A stretch of DNA of 64,000 bases from an uncultured Lachnospiraceae bacterium (GTDB taxonomy: Bacteria; Bacillota; Clostridia; Lachnospirales; Lachnospiraceae), in contig CAZZFV010000004.1 of NCBI GenBank assembly GCA_964653855.1, positions 5,899 through 69,898 of the forward strand. The letters are read 5' to 3'. The notes below the pieces were generated by a model. The model was not told the DNA's origin. It did not search any database and was given only the letters and a program-made list of their open reading frames with translations. This document shows positions 16,991 to 26,847 of the stretch, in pieces. The stretch's first letter is position 1. Every line of letters starts with the position of its first letter. The position numbers and the translations under genes were made by a program.

Positions 16991-17986
16991 TTACTTTTGT
17001 GCTGCCTGAACAGCCGTAATTGCGATAACGCCGACGATATCCTCCGTGAAGCATCCTCTCGAAAGATCGTTTACGGGAGCGGCAATTCCCTGTGTCATAG
17101 GGCCGTAAGCTTCTGCCTTTGCAAGTCTTTGAACAAGCTTATAACCTATATTTCCGGCATCGAGATCGGGGAAAATAAGTGTGTTTGCGTGACCTGCGAC
17201 CGCACTTCCCGGAGCCTTTGAAGCGCCGACCGACGGAACGATTGCGGCATCAAGCTGAAGCTCGCCGTCTATCATGAATTCCGGATAATCCTTCTTTGCG
17301 ATTTCAACGGCAGCCGTAACCTTGTCAACGTCTGCGTGTTTAGCTGAACCTTTTGATGAGTGTGAAAGAAGTGCAACCTTCGCTTTTTTACCCACAAGTG
17401 CCTCAAAGCTCTTTGCACTGCTGCCTGCGATTGCCGCAAGCTCTTCGGACGAAGGATTCTGTACAAGTCCGCAATCCGCAAATACGAATGTTCCTTCCTC
17501 GCCGTATTCGCAATTCGGAACAACCATGATGAAGAAAGCCGAAACAAGCTTTGTGCCGGGAGCAGTCTTGAGGATCTGGAGGCAGGGACGAAGGGTGTTC
17601 GCGGTCGAATGGCAAGCGCCCGAAACAACGCCGTCTGCGTCACCCATCTTAACCATCATAACGGCAAATGTCGTATAATCCGTTGTGAGAGTCTCTCTTG
17701 CCTTTTCGGGTGTCATTCCCTTTGCCTGACGTAACTCAACAAGCTTATCGATATAGCTCTGAAGCTTGTCGGTCTTATTGGGATCGATTCTTGCGGCCTT
17801 ACTTATGTCAAGTCCCTCCGCCGTCTTTTCGATCTGTTCGTCGGAGCCGACCAAGATGATCTTTGCGGTGCCTTCCTTTAAGGTAATCGCTGCGGCTTCC
17901 ATAACTCTTCTGTCTTCGGTTTCCGGGAGAACGATTGTCTTAATGTTCTCTTTTGCTCTTGCTTTAATTCCTTCAATAAAGCTCAT
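16991..17986 (-). CDS. pta: Phosphate acetyltransferase
   Basis: [40 protein letters not shown] lies 8 nt before the ATG at 17986. Confidence 0.95.
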   Translation of the reverse strand: MSFIEGIKARAKENIKTIVLPETEDRRVMEAAAITLKEGTAKIILVGSDEQIEKTAEGLDISKAARIDPNKTDKLQSYIDKLVELRQAKGMTPEKARETLTTDYTTFAVMMVKMGDADGVVSGACHSTANTLRPCLQILKTAPGTKLVSAFFIMVVPNCEYGEEGTFVFADCGLVQNPSSEELAAIAGSSAKSFEALVGKKAKVALLSHSSKGSAKHADVDKVTAAVEIAKKDYPEFMIDGELQLDAAIVPSVGASKAPGSAVAGHANTLIFPDLDAGNIGYKLVQRLAKAEAYGPMTQGIAAPVNDLSRGCFTEDIVGVIAITAVQAAQK

Positions 17987-18091
17987 ATTAAAATCTCCTT
18001 TCGATTTTGACGCAAAAATCTTCGAATGTCTTACCTTTAAATCACGCAAGTCCGTTCGGATGTTTTTTTTGCGATACTTTTAAAGTATTTA

Positions 18092-18121
18092 TTTACACAT
18101 TTGGATTTATTATATTATAAT
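18092..18121 (+). promoter_or_regulatory. Sigma-A promoter (TTTACA-18-TATAAT) for tmcAL
   Basis: TTTACA CATTTGGATTTATTATAT TATAAT. Confidence 0.55.
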
Positions 18122-18166
18122 CTCTTTCGATAAACAAGATTTTTTTTTCGAAAGTCGGTAAAAACA

Positions 18167-19414
18167 ATGGCAAAAACAATTGCGGCAATCATTGCCGAAT
18201 TTAATCCTTTTCACAACGGTCACAAATTCCTTGTCGAAAAAATAAAACTGGAACTGAATCCGGATTACATAATCGCAATCATGAGCGGCGATTTCGTTGA
18301 ACGCGGCGAGCCCGCAATATGCGATAAATTTTTGCGTGCGGAAAATGCAATATGTAACGGCATTGACGCGGTTTTTGAATTGCCTGCGGTTTATTCTTCC
18401 TCCGCAGCGCCCGACTTTGCATTCGGCAGCGTATCTGTGATACACCGCATGCACGCGGTAAGATACTTATGTTTCGGAAGCGAATGCGGTGATACGGATA
18501 TTCTCCGTAATACGGCAATATATTCGCAAAACGAAACGGACGAATTTAAAAAATTATTTTCGGAATATAAAACCAAGGGGCTCTCATACCCTCTTGCGCA
18601 CTCAAAGGCTTTTGATAAGCTTTACCCGGAATACGGAGACGTTTTAAAAAGTCCGAATAATACACTCGGTGTTGAGTACATAAAAGCATTAATGAAATTT
18701 AATTCTTTCGTTACTCCCGTTACGTTTAAGCGTTTCGGCGTCAATCACGATTCCGATAAAATCTGCAACGATTCGGATTCAAATATTTCCTATTTAAGTG
18801 CAAGCGCAATAAGAAATTTGATGTGTGACGGTACTCCCGAAAATCTGAAAACACTTAAAAAAGTTTTACCTTCTCAAGAAAACAACAATCCGGATATTTT
18901 AAGCCTTTTAAACAAAGCTTATCCTGTTTTAGCGAACGATTTTTCCGCTCTTCTCATGCAAAAAATCGATATGATGAGTGTGGATGAATTGTCTTGTCTT
19001 CCCGGTGCAAACAAAGACATTGCGTTGCGACTTAAAAAGAAATCGGTTACAAACAATTATTTTACTTGTCTCGCAAATGCCGTTTCAAACAAATCCGTTA
19101 CGCGTGCAAATGTAAACAGGTTTCTCATTCACACACTTCTCGGAATTTTTGATTCGGATATAGACAGAACGAAGGGTGTCCCTTATTTACGGCTTCTCGC
19201 AATGAATAAGAATAAATCCGGCCTTATCAATATAATAAAAGAAAATTCCGAAATTCCCGTAATAACAAAGATGGCGGATTTTGATTACGATTCGGTTCCG
19301 ATGCTTAAAAAAGACATATATGCTGCAAATCTCTACAATCGCACGATATTATACAAATTTAACCGGGAATATATTAACGACATCACAAACTCACCGAGAA
19401 TAAAAGATATATGA
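18167..19414 (+). CDS. tmcAL: tRNA(Met) cytidine acetate ligase (YlbM/UPF0348 nucleotidyltransferase)
   Basis: AIIAEFNPFHNGHKFLV at the N-terminus, about 415 aa, next to the rsmD-coaD neighbourhood seen in other Firmicutes. Confidence 0.85.
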   Translation: MAKTIAAIIAEFNPFHNGHKFLVEKIKLELNPDYIIAIMSGDFVERGEPAICDKFLRAENAICNGIDAVFELPAVYSSSAAPDFAFGSVSVIHRMHAVRYLCFGSECGDTDILRNTAIYSQNETDEFKKLFSEYKTKGLSYPLAHSKAFDKLYPEYGDVLKSPNNTLGVEYIKALMKFNSFVTPVTFKRFGVNHDSDKICNDSDSNISYLSASAIRNLMCDGTPENLKTLKKVLPSQENNNPDILSLLNKAYPVLANDFSALLMQKIDMMSVDELSCLPGANKDIALRLKKKSVTNNYFTCLANAVSNKSVTRANVNRFLIHTLLGIFDSDIDRTKGVPYLRLLAMNKNKSGLINIIKENSEIPVITKMADFDYDSVPMLKKDIYAANLYNRTILYKFNREYINDITNSPRIKDI

Positions 19415-19475
19415 ACATATGCCGCAAAAAATGTCTTTTAAATCAAATATAAAGATTCCCATATATCAAAAAAGC

Positions 19476-19511
19476 AAAAAAGCTTCGTCTTAAACAAACG
19501 AAGCTTTTTTT
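19476..19511. terminator. Bidirectional intrinsic terminator
   Basis: AAAAA AGCTTCGT cttaaacaa ACGAAGCT TTTTTT. Confidence 0.85.
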
Positions 19512-19565
19512 ACTTTGTAACACATAAATTATTATTTATTTTTTGCTCCCGCAATGCTGAAATTA

Positions 19566-20261
19566 TTATTCACCGTCATCGATAATATTTTCGACATTTA
19601 TATTGTAATCGTCTGCATTTTCGTCGTCACCGAAAATCTCATTGTCCGTAGGATAAGTATTCTCGTTTTGTCCGTCGATTTCCGCTTGCAAATCGGAATC
19701 AAGTCCGTTTTCGGGAGCAATCTCCTCGCAAAGCTCACGACGGTTTTCCGTAACTATTTCAAGGTTACGGGACAGTGATTCGATAAACGAATCCGCACGC
19801 TTCTGTGTTTCGCTTAAGGTTTGCGAAAGAACGTTTTCTATTTGCAAAAGCATATCTTTTGTGTATTCGAACGCTCCGTTTCTCACCTGATTTGCTTCAT
19901 ACGCGGCAATGCTCATTGTTTCGTCGGCCTGCTGATTTGCGCGCGAAATAAATTCATTTGCCTGAAGATATGCCTGACGCATTATCTCGCTGTCATGAAC
20001 CATTGCTTCCGCTTTTACGCTTGCGTCGTCTATGATTTTTTGAGCGCGGATTTCGGCTTCACGCAAAATTTCGTCCCTTCTCTCAAGAAGCTTTGCGCAT
20101 CTTGCGATTTCCTCCGGAACTTTAAGTCTCATTTCGTCTATTTTATCAAGCAATTCGCTTTTTTGCACTTCTATCTTTGTTCCCGAAAAGCCCTTTGTTT
20201 TGCAAGAATCAACATACTCATAAAGCTCATCGATTGCCTGTTCAATCTTCTTCTGTCCCAT
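19566..20261 (-). CDS. Coiled-coil protein of unknown function with a strongly acidic C-terminal tail
   Basis: GGAGGG SD lies 7 nt before the ATG at 20261 (MGQKKIEQAIDELYEYV). It has heptad-like E/K/R/A-rich regions and the tail DDENADDYNINVENIIDDGE. Confidence 0.6.
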   Translation of the reverse strand: MGQKKIEQAIDELYEYVDSCKTKGFSGTKIEVQKSELLDKIDEMRLKVPEEIARCAKLLERRDEILREAEIRAQKIIDDASVKAEAMVHDSEIMRQAYLQANEFISRANQQADETMSIAAYEANQVRNGAFEYTKDMLLQIENVLSQTLSETQKRADSFIESLSRNLEIVTENRRELCEEIAPENGLDSDLQAEIDGQNENTYPTDNEIFGDDENADDYNINVENIIDDGE

Positions 20262-20274
20262 AATAATCCCTCCG

Positions 20275-20754
20275 TTATCTGTTGTACTTGTCATAAATAT
20301 CTTTAATTATGCATTTCGGAACAAATGCACTGATGTCTCCGTTATATGATGCAATCTCACGCACAAGGCTTGAGCTTACATAAGAATAATCAATACTTGT
20401 CGTGAAAAAAACGGTATCGACTCCCGAATAAAGCTTGTGGTTTGTTTGCGCAATCTGAATTTCGTATTCAAAGTCCGTAACCGCCCTTAAGCCTCTCACA
20501 AGAAAATCGGCGTTTTCTTTTTTTGCGAAATCGACAAGAAGTCCGTCATACTTTTTAACCGTAACATTCGGTATGTCGATTGTTGCGCGCCTGATAAGTT
20601 CCATACGCTCGTCCGCACTAAACAAAGGCTTTTTCGAAATGTTTTTTAAAACGGCAATCACAAGCTCATCGGAGAGCTTTGACGCCCTTTTTATGATATC
20701 CAGATGTCCGAGCGTAATCGGATCGAAGCTCCCGGGATAAATTCCTTTTCTCAT
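20275..20754 (-). CDS. coaD: Phosphopantetheine adenylyltransferase
   Basis: GIYPGSFDPITLGHLDII. Confidence 0.96.
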   Translation of the reverse strand: MRKGIYPGSFDPITLGHLDIIKRASKLSDELVIAVLKNISKKPLFSADERMELIRRATIDIPNVTVKKYDGLLVDFAKKENADFLVRGLRAVTDFEYEIQIAQTNHKLYSGVDTVFFTTSIDYSYVSSSLVREIASYNGDISAFVPKCIIKDIYDKYNR

Positions 20755-20770
20755 TTGTTTTCCTGTCTTT

Positions 20771-21328
20771 TCATCTCATTTTGCGGATGAAAACATGCTT
20801 ATTTGTTTTATATATTTTTTCTTTGAAAATTTCAAACCCGAGTTCCGGTAAATAATCGAAATCCGTTTGATTTGACGCTTCAACGATAATCCACGTGTCG
20901 GGCTTTACAATCCCCGAATCCGCAAGCTTATATAAAACACGCTTTTCGTGAAGGTTGTTGTACGGCGGATCCATGAAAATAAAGTCAAAAGACAAGTTTT
21001 CGTTTTCAAGCACCGAAATCGCATTTACGGCATCCGAAAAAATCACCCTTGCTTCTTCCGTAAGCCCGGTTGTCCGTAAATTTTCTTTCATGCACGAAAT
21101 CGATTTTTCGCTTACGTCAACCATTACGACGGGACTTGCGCCACGGCTCAACGCTTCTATTCCTATTGCTCCCGTTCCCGAAAAAAGATCCAAAAACGAA
21201 CTTCCCGCAATATAAGGATTGATGCAATTAAAAAGTGTTTCCTTTGTAATGTCCTGTGTTGGTCTTACCGAATCTCCCGGTACCGACTTTAACAACAAAT
21301 GTCTTTTTTTTCCGGCAATAACTCTCAT
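20771..21328 (-). CDS. rsmD: 16S rRNA (guanine966-N2)-methyltransferase RsmD
   Basis: MRVIAGKKR...VRPT, DLFSGTGAIGIEALSRGA, FMDPPY. Confidence 0.9.
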   Translation of the reverse strand: MRVIAGKKRHLLLKSVPGDSVRPTQDITKETLFNCINPYIAGSSFLDLFSGTGAIGIEALSRGASPVVMVDVSEKSISCMKENLRTTGLTEEARVIFSDAVNAISVLENENLSFDFIFMDPPYNNLHEKRVLYKLADSGIVKPDTWIIVEASNQTDFDYLPELGFEIFKEKIYKTNKHVFIRKMR

Positions 21329-21392
21329 AATTCTAATCTATTTATTTTGAATATTCAACAAGTTTTACAATAAAAAATATTAAAACGTCTAC

Positions 21393-22109
21393 TTACATGC
21401 TCTTCTTGATTATCTTGTTTATTTGCGAAAAATCATGAAGCGCTTTTTTGCCTATCTTAAATATCTTCTTCATGTTGATCGAATTTACGCCGCCCTGGCG
21501 GGGTCTGAACGTAATCGGAATAAACTTGACCTTATATCCCTTTTTGATAAAAAGAACCGAAATTATAACGTTTGAAAGGTTGTAATTTTCGGGAATAAGT
21601 CCGATTTCCTTCTTTAAGCTCTCCGCCTTCATAAGTCTGAAAGGCGTGTTTGCGTCGACAATCGTGACATGGAAGCAGATTTTACAAACGAGCTTAAGCG
21701 TTTTTGTAACAAAGATTCTCGAGAATCCGTCCTGTCTGCCTTTTCTGTGACCGATTACCATGTCAAAATTATTTCTTTCTTCCCAAAAGCTTTCGAATTC
21801 GGAAGGCAAAGTCTGTCCGTCGGAATCCGTTTGGAATATGAAATCGGCGCCTTCTTTAATCGCATAATTGTATCCGAAAAGAATCGTCGAACCGTGTCCG
21901 CCGTTAGGCTTTGTGAGCGCAATCATTTTGGGTCTCGATTCCGCAAGTTTTTTAAGAATCTCGTATGTGTCATCCTTTGAGCCGTCGTTTATGACGACAA
22001 GTCTTGAATCATCCCCGTGCTTATCGACAACAGGATACCAGTCGTTTACAACGTTTTCGATATTGTCCCTTTCATTGTATGCGGGAATAACAATATATAA
22101 CTTATCCAT
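21393..22109 (-). CDS. Glycosyltransferase family 2 (soluble form)
   Basis: YIVIPAYNERDNI...VVINDGSKDDT...QTDSDGQ. GGAGGA SD lies 5 nt before the ATG at 22109. It overlaps the upstream stop by 8 nt. Confidence 0.85.
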   Translation of the reverse strand: MDKLYIVIPAYNERDNIENVVNDWYPVVDKHGDDSRLVVINDGSKDDTYEILKKLAESRPKMIALTKPNGGHGSTILFGYNYAIKEGADFIFQTDSDGQTLPSEFESFWEERNNFDMVIGHRKGRQDGFSRIFVTKTLKLVCKICFHVTIVDANTPFRLMKAESLKKEIGLIPENYNLSNVIISVLFIKKGYKVKFIPITFRPRQGGVNSINMKKIFKIGKKALHDFSQINKIIKKSM

Positions 22110-24210
22110 TTGTTCCTCCGTTTTTGTAAATTTTTTCGCTTGTGTCAAAAATTCTTATTTCCCACTCGCCTTCGCCCGACGAATATACTTCTTTGTAGGT
22201 TGCGGCGATATTGTCTTCGTTAAGCTCATAATCGGTGCATTGTCTTACCGTTATGTTCACTATTATATAATCTATGTCGGATTTGTATACGTAATAATCA
22301 AGTTCCGTGGGCGTTGACGCTTCAAATATTTTTTTGACCGTTGCAGCGCGTTCCGCGGTGTCATACCCCGCCGACCATGCGCAATAAGGATACGCATAAT
22401 AGCTCATGATTCCGCCGAGCACGATATTCGTGAGCGGATAGGAATCCGTAAGCACAAGGTCGTCGCATGTGACATTTTCTTTAAGCCAAAGTGTCGTTTC
22501 GTCACTTAATGAAAACTCAAGATGACCGTCATCTTCTCTTGCCTGAATATAAAGCTCCGTAACACCCGTAAACGTAAGCACAAATATGAGTGCCCCCGCA
22601 ACAAGATAATTTATCACTTTTCTTTCTTTTATTATCCATGTAAGGAAATATGCCGTATACATCGACAAAAACATAAGGGAAATGATTATCCACTTATGGT
22701 TTACACCGATATCGGGTGTAAGAGACAGGAAAAACGACATTATAAAAGGCACGGCAGACACAAGGAACATATATCTTTCGGCGCCCTTTGTGCGAAGCAT
22801 TCCGAACACGGCAACCAAAAGCGTGATTCCCGTGAGTGCGACAATGTACGAAAGCACACCGAACACCGTTCTGTTTTCCGCCAAAAATCCGAAATAATAT
22901 GACGGTGAAACCGCCGCTCCGTTTATGAAAAACTTTGTTTGCGCGAACGACAAAACAACAGCTATTACCGCGGCAATAAGGTAATCGAGTCTGCATACCG
23001 AAAACGCAGCCATGAAGAAAAGCATCGCAAGTGCCGCAATTTCGCATGAACCGTGCCAAAAAGCAAGCATTCCGAGAAATAACCCGGAGCCTATCGCAAT
23101 CTTCGGATTTTTAATTGCAAACGAATCGTGTGAAAAGAAGCATACTTTGATGAAATCATACCATCTTGCTTTTCTTATCGTATATTCGTCACCGTCTTTC
23201 ACGAGCATGCCTTCGCTCTTTAACGCAACCATGTTATCTCCCATTTCACGCAAATACGGAAGAAAAATGATAATCGAGAGCAAAATTGCGGTCATACCGA
23301 ACGCCAAATGCCTTTGGTTACAAAAAACTCTTGTGCACCAAAAGCCCCAGCCTTCATGATACTCGGAATATGTGAAATATTTTCTGTTTTCGAGTAAAGC
23401 CTTTAACGGATTTCCCGATGTGTCGTTTGCAAGAAAATCAAATGCCGAAAACGAACTTCTGAATGTAAACAGAAGTCCGCCGAGGCACGCCGTAAGCCTT
23501 GAATAAAAAAGATGCACCGTAAGCGTAAACAAAAGCATGTAAACCGAAAAGAGGTTGAAAATGCTCGGAATATTGAACGCATGATCAATTCTGAGACCCA
23601 AAAATTCAAGGTTTCCGACCAAAAATTCATGCATAAAATGATAACGTATATCCGCCCCGCCATAATAAGTGTAACCCGTCGGAAAATTGTTGCTGTAAGA
23701 AAACGATCTTATCATTCCGAGGTGGGCACCGAAATCACCCCACACGGAAAGCCCAACATTCATCGTGTCATCGGTGACATTGAAACTTCTGTACATGATA
23801 ATCGTGCAAAAACAAAGTACAATTATCGAATAAAAGGCATATAAAGGATCGCCGTTCCAAAAAAATTCGCGAAGAAGATTAAAATCAAGCTTTCGTATTT
23901 TTCTGTGATAAATATTCATTCCGTAAAAGAACGCAAAGCACGCGAGCAGCATTCCGAGAACTATCACATTTCCGAAAATAAGGGGCTTGGGTTCGTTTTT
24001 ACAAATGTATGAAACTATATACACGAGCCACGTTACAATAAGCGTACCCGTCAGATACCATGCGGGCAAAAGCACATAATATGACGGTAACGAAATTGTG
24101 GTGCCGTCACTCTTTTTGATATATGCATTTTCGATCAAACGAGGAAAGAAAATCTTGCAAAACATATATCCCGTAACTATGCATATAAATATATAAAAAA
24201 TACCAAGCAT
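22102..24210 (-). CDS. Large polytopic membrane protein, candidate GT-C-type glycosyltransferase
   Basis: 702 aa with many hydrophobic segments. It sits between two GT2 genes with a 7-nt gap and an 8-nt overlap. I did not recognise a diagnostic family motif with certainty. Confidence 0.5.
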   Translation of the reverse strand: MLGIFYIFICIVTGYMFCKIFFPRLIENAYIKKSDGTTISLPSYYVLLPAWYLTGTLIVTWLVYIVSYICKNEPKPLIFGNVIVLGMLLACFAFFYGMNIYHRKIRKLDFNLLREFFWNGDPLYAFYSIIVLCFCTIIMYRSFNVTDDTMNVGLSVWGDFGAHLGMIRSFSYSNNFPTGYTYYGGADIRYHFMHEFLVGNLEFLGLRIDHAFNIPSIFNLFSVYMLLFTLTVHLFYSRLTACLGGLLFTFRSSFSAFDFLANDTSGNPLKALLENRKYFTYSEYHEGWGFWCTRVFCNQRHLAFGMTAILLSIIIFLPYLREMGDNMVALKSEGMLVKDGDEYTIRKARWYDFIKVCFFSHDSFAIKNPKIAIGSGLFLGMLAFWHGSCEIAALAMLFFMAAFSVCRLDYLIAAVIAVVLSFAQTKFFINGAAVSPSYYFGFLAENRTVFGVLSYIVALTGITLLVAVFGMLRTKGAERYMFLVSAVPFIMSFFLSLTPDIGVNHKWIIISLMFLSMYTAYFLTWIIKERKVINYLVAGALIFVLTFTGVTELYIQAREDDGHLEFSLSDETTLWLKENVTCDDLVLTDSYPLTNIVLGGIMSYYAYPYCAWSAGYDTAERAATVKKIFEASTPTELDYYVYKSDIDYIIVNITVRQCTDYELNEDNIAATYKEVYSSGEGEWEIRIFDTSEKIYKNGGTNG

Positions 24211-24217
24211 AAAAACC

Positions 24218-25153
24218 TCAATTATTTCTTTTTGAAATTATATAACGCGGACGTCCTTTAATTTCATGATAAATCCTGTCAAGATAAAGTCCTATGATTC
24301 CGAGACAAATCATAAGCGCGCTTCCGATAAACAATATAAGCAAAATCACCGTCGTAAATCCTTGCAAAGAAGCACCCATAAAATAACGTACGAGCGTTTG
24401 CACGGAAAATATTATCGATATAAAAAGAAGCAAAAATCCGAGGAAACATATAAGCTTAAGGGGTGCCGACGCATATGACGTGATCGACGTAAGCGCAAGA
24501 TTCGTAAGTGCCTTGAAGCTCCATTTTGAAGTCCCCGCCACTCTGTCTTTAACCTTAAATTCGATTACGCGCCTTTCAAATCCCACCCATGCGGACATTC
24601 CGCGATAAAAGGTGATTTTTTCGGGCATTTCCTTTATCGCTTCGACAACGCTTCTGTCAAGCAATTTAAAATCGGACGCATTTTTTAAATTTATCGAAGT
24701 AAGCTTATACAAAATCTTATAAAAAAGATTTGCTGTAAAACGATAAAATTTGTTTTCGTGGCCTCTGTCGGACTTTATGCCCTCAATTATGTCAACGCCT
24801 TCCTCAAGCCATATCTTCACAAATTCGGGAATGAGTTCCGGCGGATGCTGAAGATCCGAATCGAGTGTGACGACCGCATCTCCTTTTGCCGTGTCGAGTC
24901 CAGCCATAAGTGCGGCTTCCTTACCGAAATTGCGGCTGAAGCACACGGAACGGATTCTTTTGTCTTCACAAGAAAGCTCCGTAAGCGCTTTCCACGTATT
25001 GTCCTTTGAGCCGTCGTTGATCAGCACGAATTCGTAATTTATTCCCGCATTTTCGAGAATTTCCTGCACCGTCTTTACGGAATTTTTAATATGCGTGCCT
25101 TCGTTGTAAACCGGCATAATTATTGAAATCAATGAGTTTTTGTCTCTCACCAC
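24218..25153 (-). CDS. GT2 polyprenyl-phosphate sugar synthase (GtrB/CsbB/ArnC-like, two C-terminal TMs)
   Basis: SIIMPVYNEG...LINDGSKDNT...SRNFGKEAA...LDSDLQHPP with two C-terminal TM helices. The likely start is GTG at 25153 (AGAGGA SD 6 nt upstream), overlapping the stop of the AAA+ gene. Confidence 0.85.
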   Translation of the reverse strand: MVRDKNSLISIIMPVYNEGTHIKNSVKTVQEILENAGINYEFVLINDGSKDNTWKALTELSCEDKRIRSVCFSRNFGKEAALMAGLDTAKGDAVVTLDSDLQHPPELIPEFVKIWLEEGVDIIEGIKSDRGHENKFYRFTANLFYKILYKLTSINLKNASDFKLLDRSVVEAIKEMPEKITFYRGMSAWVGFERRVIEFKVKDRVAGTSKWSFKALTNLALTSITSYASAPLKLICFLGFLLLFISIIFSVQTLVRYFMGASLQGFTTVILLILFIGSALMICLGIIGLYLDRIYHEIKGRPRYIISKRNN

Positions 25154-26766
25154 GAAATATCCTCTTGTTTTAACTCTGTAAGCTGTTCCATCGAACAAAC
25201 TTCGCTTTTTACAACCCTGTTTGCCTGATTCACTATCATGCTTTCGAATAAGTTTCTGATTCCTCTTGCGTTTCCGAAATCGTACTTTTTGTTTTCCGGC
25301 ATATTTTTTAGGTAATCAAGCAATTTTTCCTTGATGCCCGGATCCAAAACAAATCCGTTTTTCTTTGCCATCTTTTCCATGATTTCGGTGAGCTCTGTGT
25401 CACTGTAATCAGGGAATTCTATAAACCTGTTGAACCGTGAAACAAGGCCGGAATTGCTCTTTAAGAAATTCTTCATTTCCTTTGTATATCCGCAAACTAT
25501 CACAACAAGGTCGTTACGGTTGTCTTCCATGAGCTTTACGAGAGTGTCGAGCGCCTCTTTTCCGAAATCGTTTGACGACTCGCTTACAAGGGCATACGCT
25601 TCATCGATAAACAATACGCCGCCGAGGCTCTTTTCAACTACTTCCTTTACCTTTAACGCCGTTTGCCCGACATATCCCGCAACGAGCCCCGAGCGGTCCG
25701 TCTCCGTGAGCGTTCCTTTTGAAAGAATACCGAGTTCCTTGTAAACACGCGCAACAATTCTTGCAACCGTTGTTTTTCCCGTACCGGGATTTCCCGTAAA
25801 AACCATATGGTAAGAAATTTCCGGCTGCGGAAGCTTGAATTCGTCGCGCATCTTTCTGACTTTAATAAGATTGATTAAAGACCTTATTTCTTTTTTTACT
25901 TCTTCCATTCCGACAAGGGAATTAAGTTCATCCAAAACTTCGTCAAGCTTTGAATCGTGAACCGCATTCAGAATTTTGGATTCTGTTTGATTTTTCTGTT
26001 CCGCTTTATTGTCATTTTTTTCCGTCGGGTCTATCGTATCCTTTAAAATTCCGTTTTCGTCGCGCTCCGCATATTTTGAAACGGTTGTGCTCGCGACGGG
26101 CTTTAATTGATCGGGCGAATAAAAGAGATGCTTAATCTTATAAGCTTCAAAATCGCAATCGGCTTCTTCTATCTCTTTTGCGCTGTTAATAAGTTCCCCT
26201 CGGCACAGCTTCTTAAAAATATATTTACTGTCGACGGATTGCTTTTGATTCTTATTATTTGTAAGAAACGTACCCACCTTGTCAAAATAAATTCCCAAAT
26301 ACTTTGTCGCCGCAGCCATATGCGCTTCGTCTTTTGCATGATAAATGAGGCTTAACATCAAATTTACTATTGCGTCAAAAAACAACGCCGCCGTACCGGA
26401 ATTTTTTTCCATATCGCGAAGAGAGAGAAGCTGAAAAAGTATCGGCGGAGTACGCTGAAAACGGGTGGCGTCGGCAAGTAATTTTGCCCCGTCTTTTTCG
26501 TCCGTTATGATTTTTTTGATATTTTCCGAAAGCGTTGCTATATAATTCTTTTCGGTATCGTTTAAAATATTACAGAAATCCGAAAAGCATACAAGAAGCG
26601 ATTCCACATATATATCAAGAATTTGCTCCGCAGACATATTTAAAACCTTTTCGGCGGTTTCCCAATATCCTTCCATGCAAAGCAAATCACAAAATTTTTT
26701 TAGAATCCTGTAATTGTCATGTGCAATCTTATAAAGTTGTTCTTCGGAATATTTGGTTTTTGGCAT
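25147..26766 (-). CDS. SpoVK/CbxX-type AAA+ ATPase with an uncharacterised ~300-aa N-terminal domain
   Basis: FTGNPGTGKTTVARIVA, GVLFIDEAYAL, GYTKEM...SRF. ATG at 26766; the track start is TTG. Confidence 0.8.
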   Translation of the reverse strand: MPKTKYSEEQLYKIAHDNYRILKKFCDLLCMEGYWETAEKVLNMSAEQILDIYVESLLVCFSDFCNILNDTEKNYIATLSENIKKIITDEKDGAKLLADATRFQRTPPILFQLLSLRDMEKNSGTAALFFDAIVNLMLSLIYHAKDEAHMAAATKYLGIYFDKVGTFLTNNKNQKQSVDSKYIFKKLCRGELINSAKEIEEADCDFEAYKIKHLFYSPDQLKPVASTTVSKYAERDENGILKDTIDPTEKNDNKAEQKNQTESKILNAVHDSKLDEVLDELNSLVGMEEVKKEIRSLINLIKVRKMRDEFKLPQPEISYHMVFTGNPGTGKTTVARIVARVYKELGILSKGTLTETDRSGLVAGYVGQTALKVKEVVEKSLGGVLFIDEAYALVSESSNDFGKEALDTLVKLMEDNRNDLVVIVCGYTKEMKNFLKSNSGLVSRFNRFIEFPDYSDTELTEIMEKMAKKNGFVLDPGIKEKLLDYLKNMPENKKYDFGNARGIRNLFESMIVNQANRVVKSEVCSMEQLTELKQEDISW

Positions 26767-26847
26767 AATGTTTTGTCCGCGTTTTTTTGTATTTAAAATT
26801 CGTCTGTTTTTTATCAACCGGTACTTAAATCCGTAACTTACACATCT

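Noticed and set aside
16311-17678. Track ORFs nested in or antisense to ackA and pta (16311..16637, 16417..16755, 17272..17643, 17322..17678, 17403..17615)
   Set aside because: They lie inside highly conserved enzyme genes, and their Arg/Ser/Cys-rich products are typical of off-frame translation of relatively GC-rich coding DNA.
22522-23844. Track ORFs inside the 702-aa membrane protein gene (22522..22902, 22694..23059, 23012..23359, 23403..23663, 23512..23844)
   Set aside because: They are off-frame or antisense shadows of one continuous 702-codon ORF with coherent TM-rich composition.
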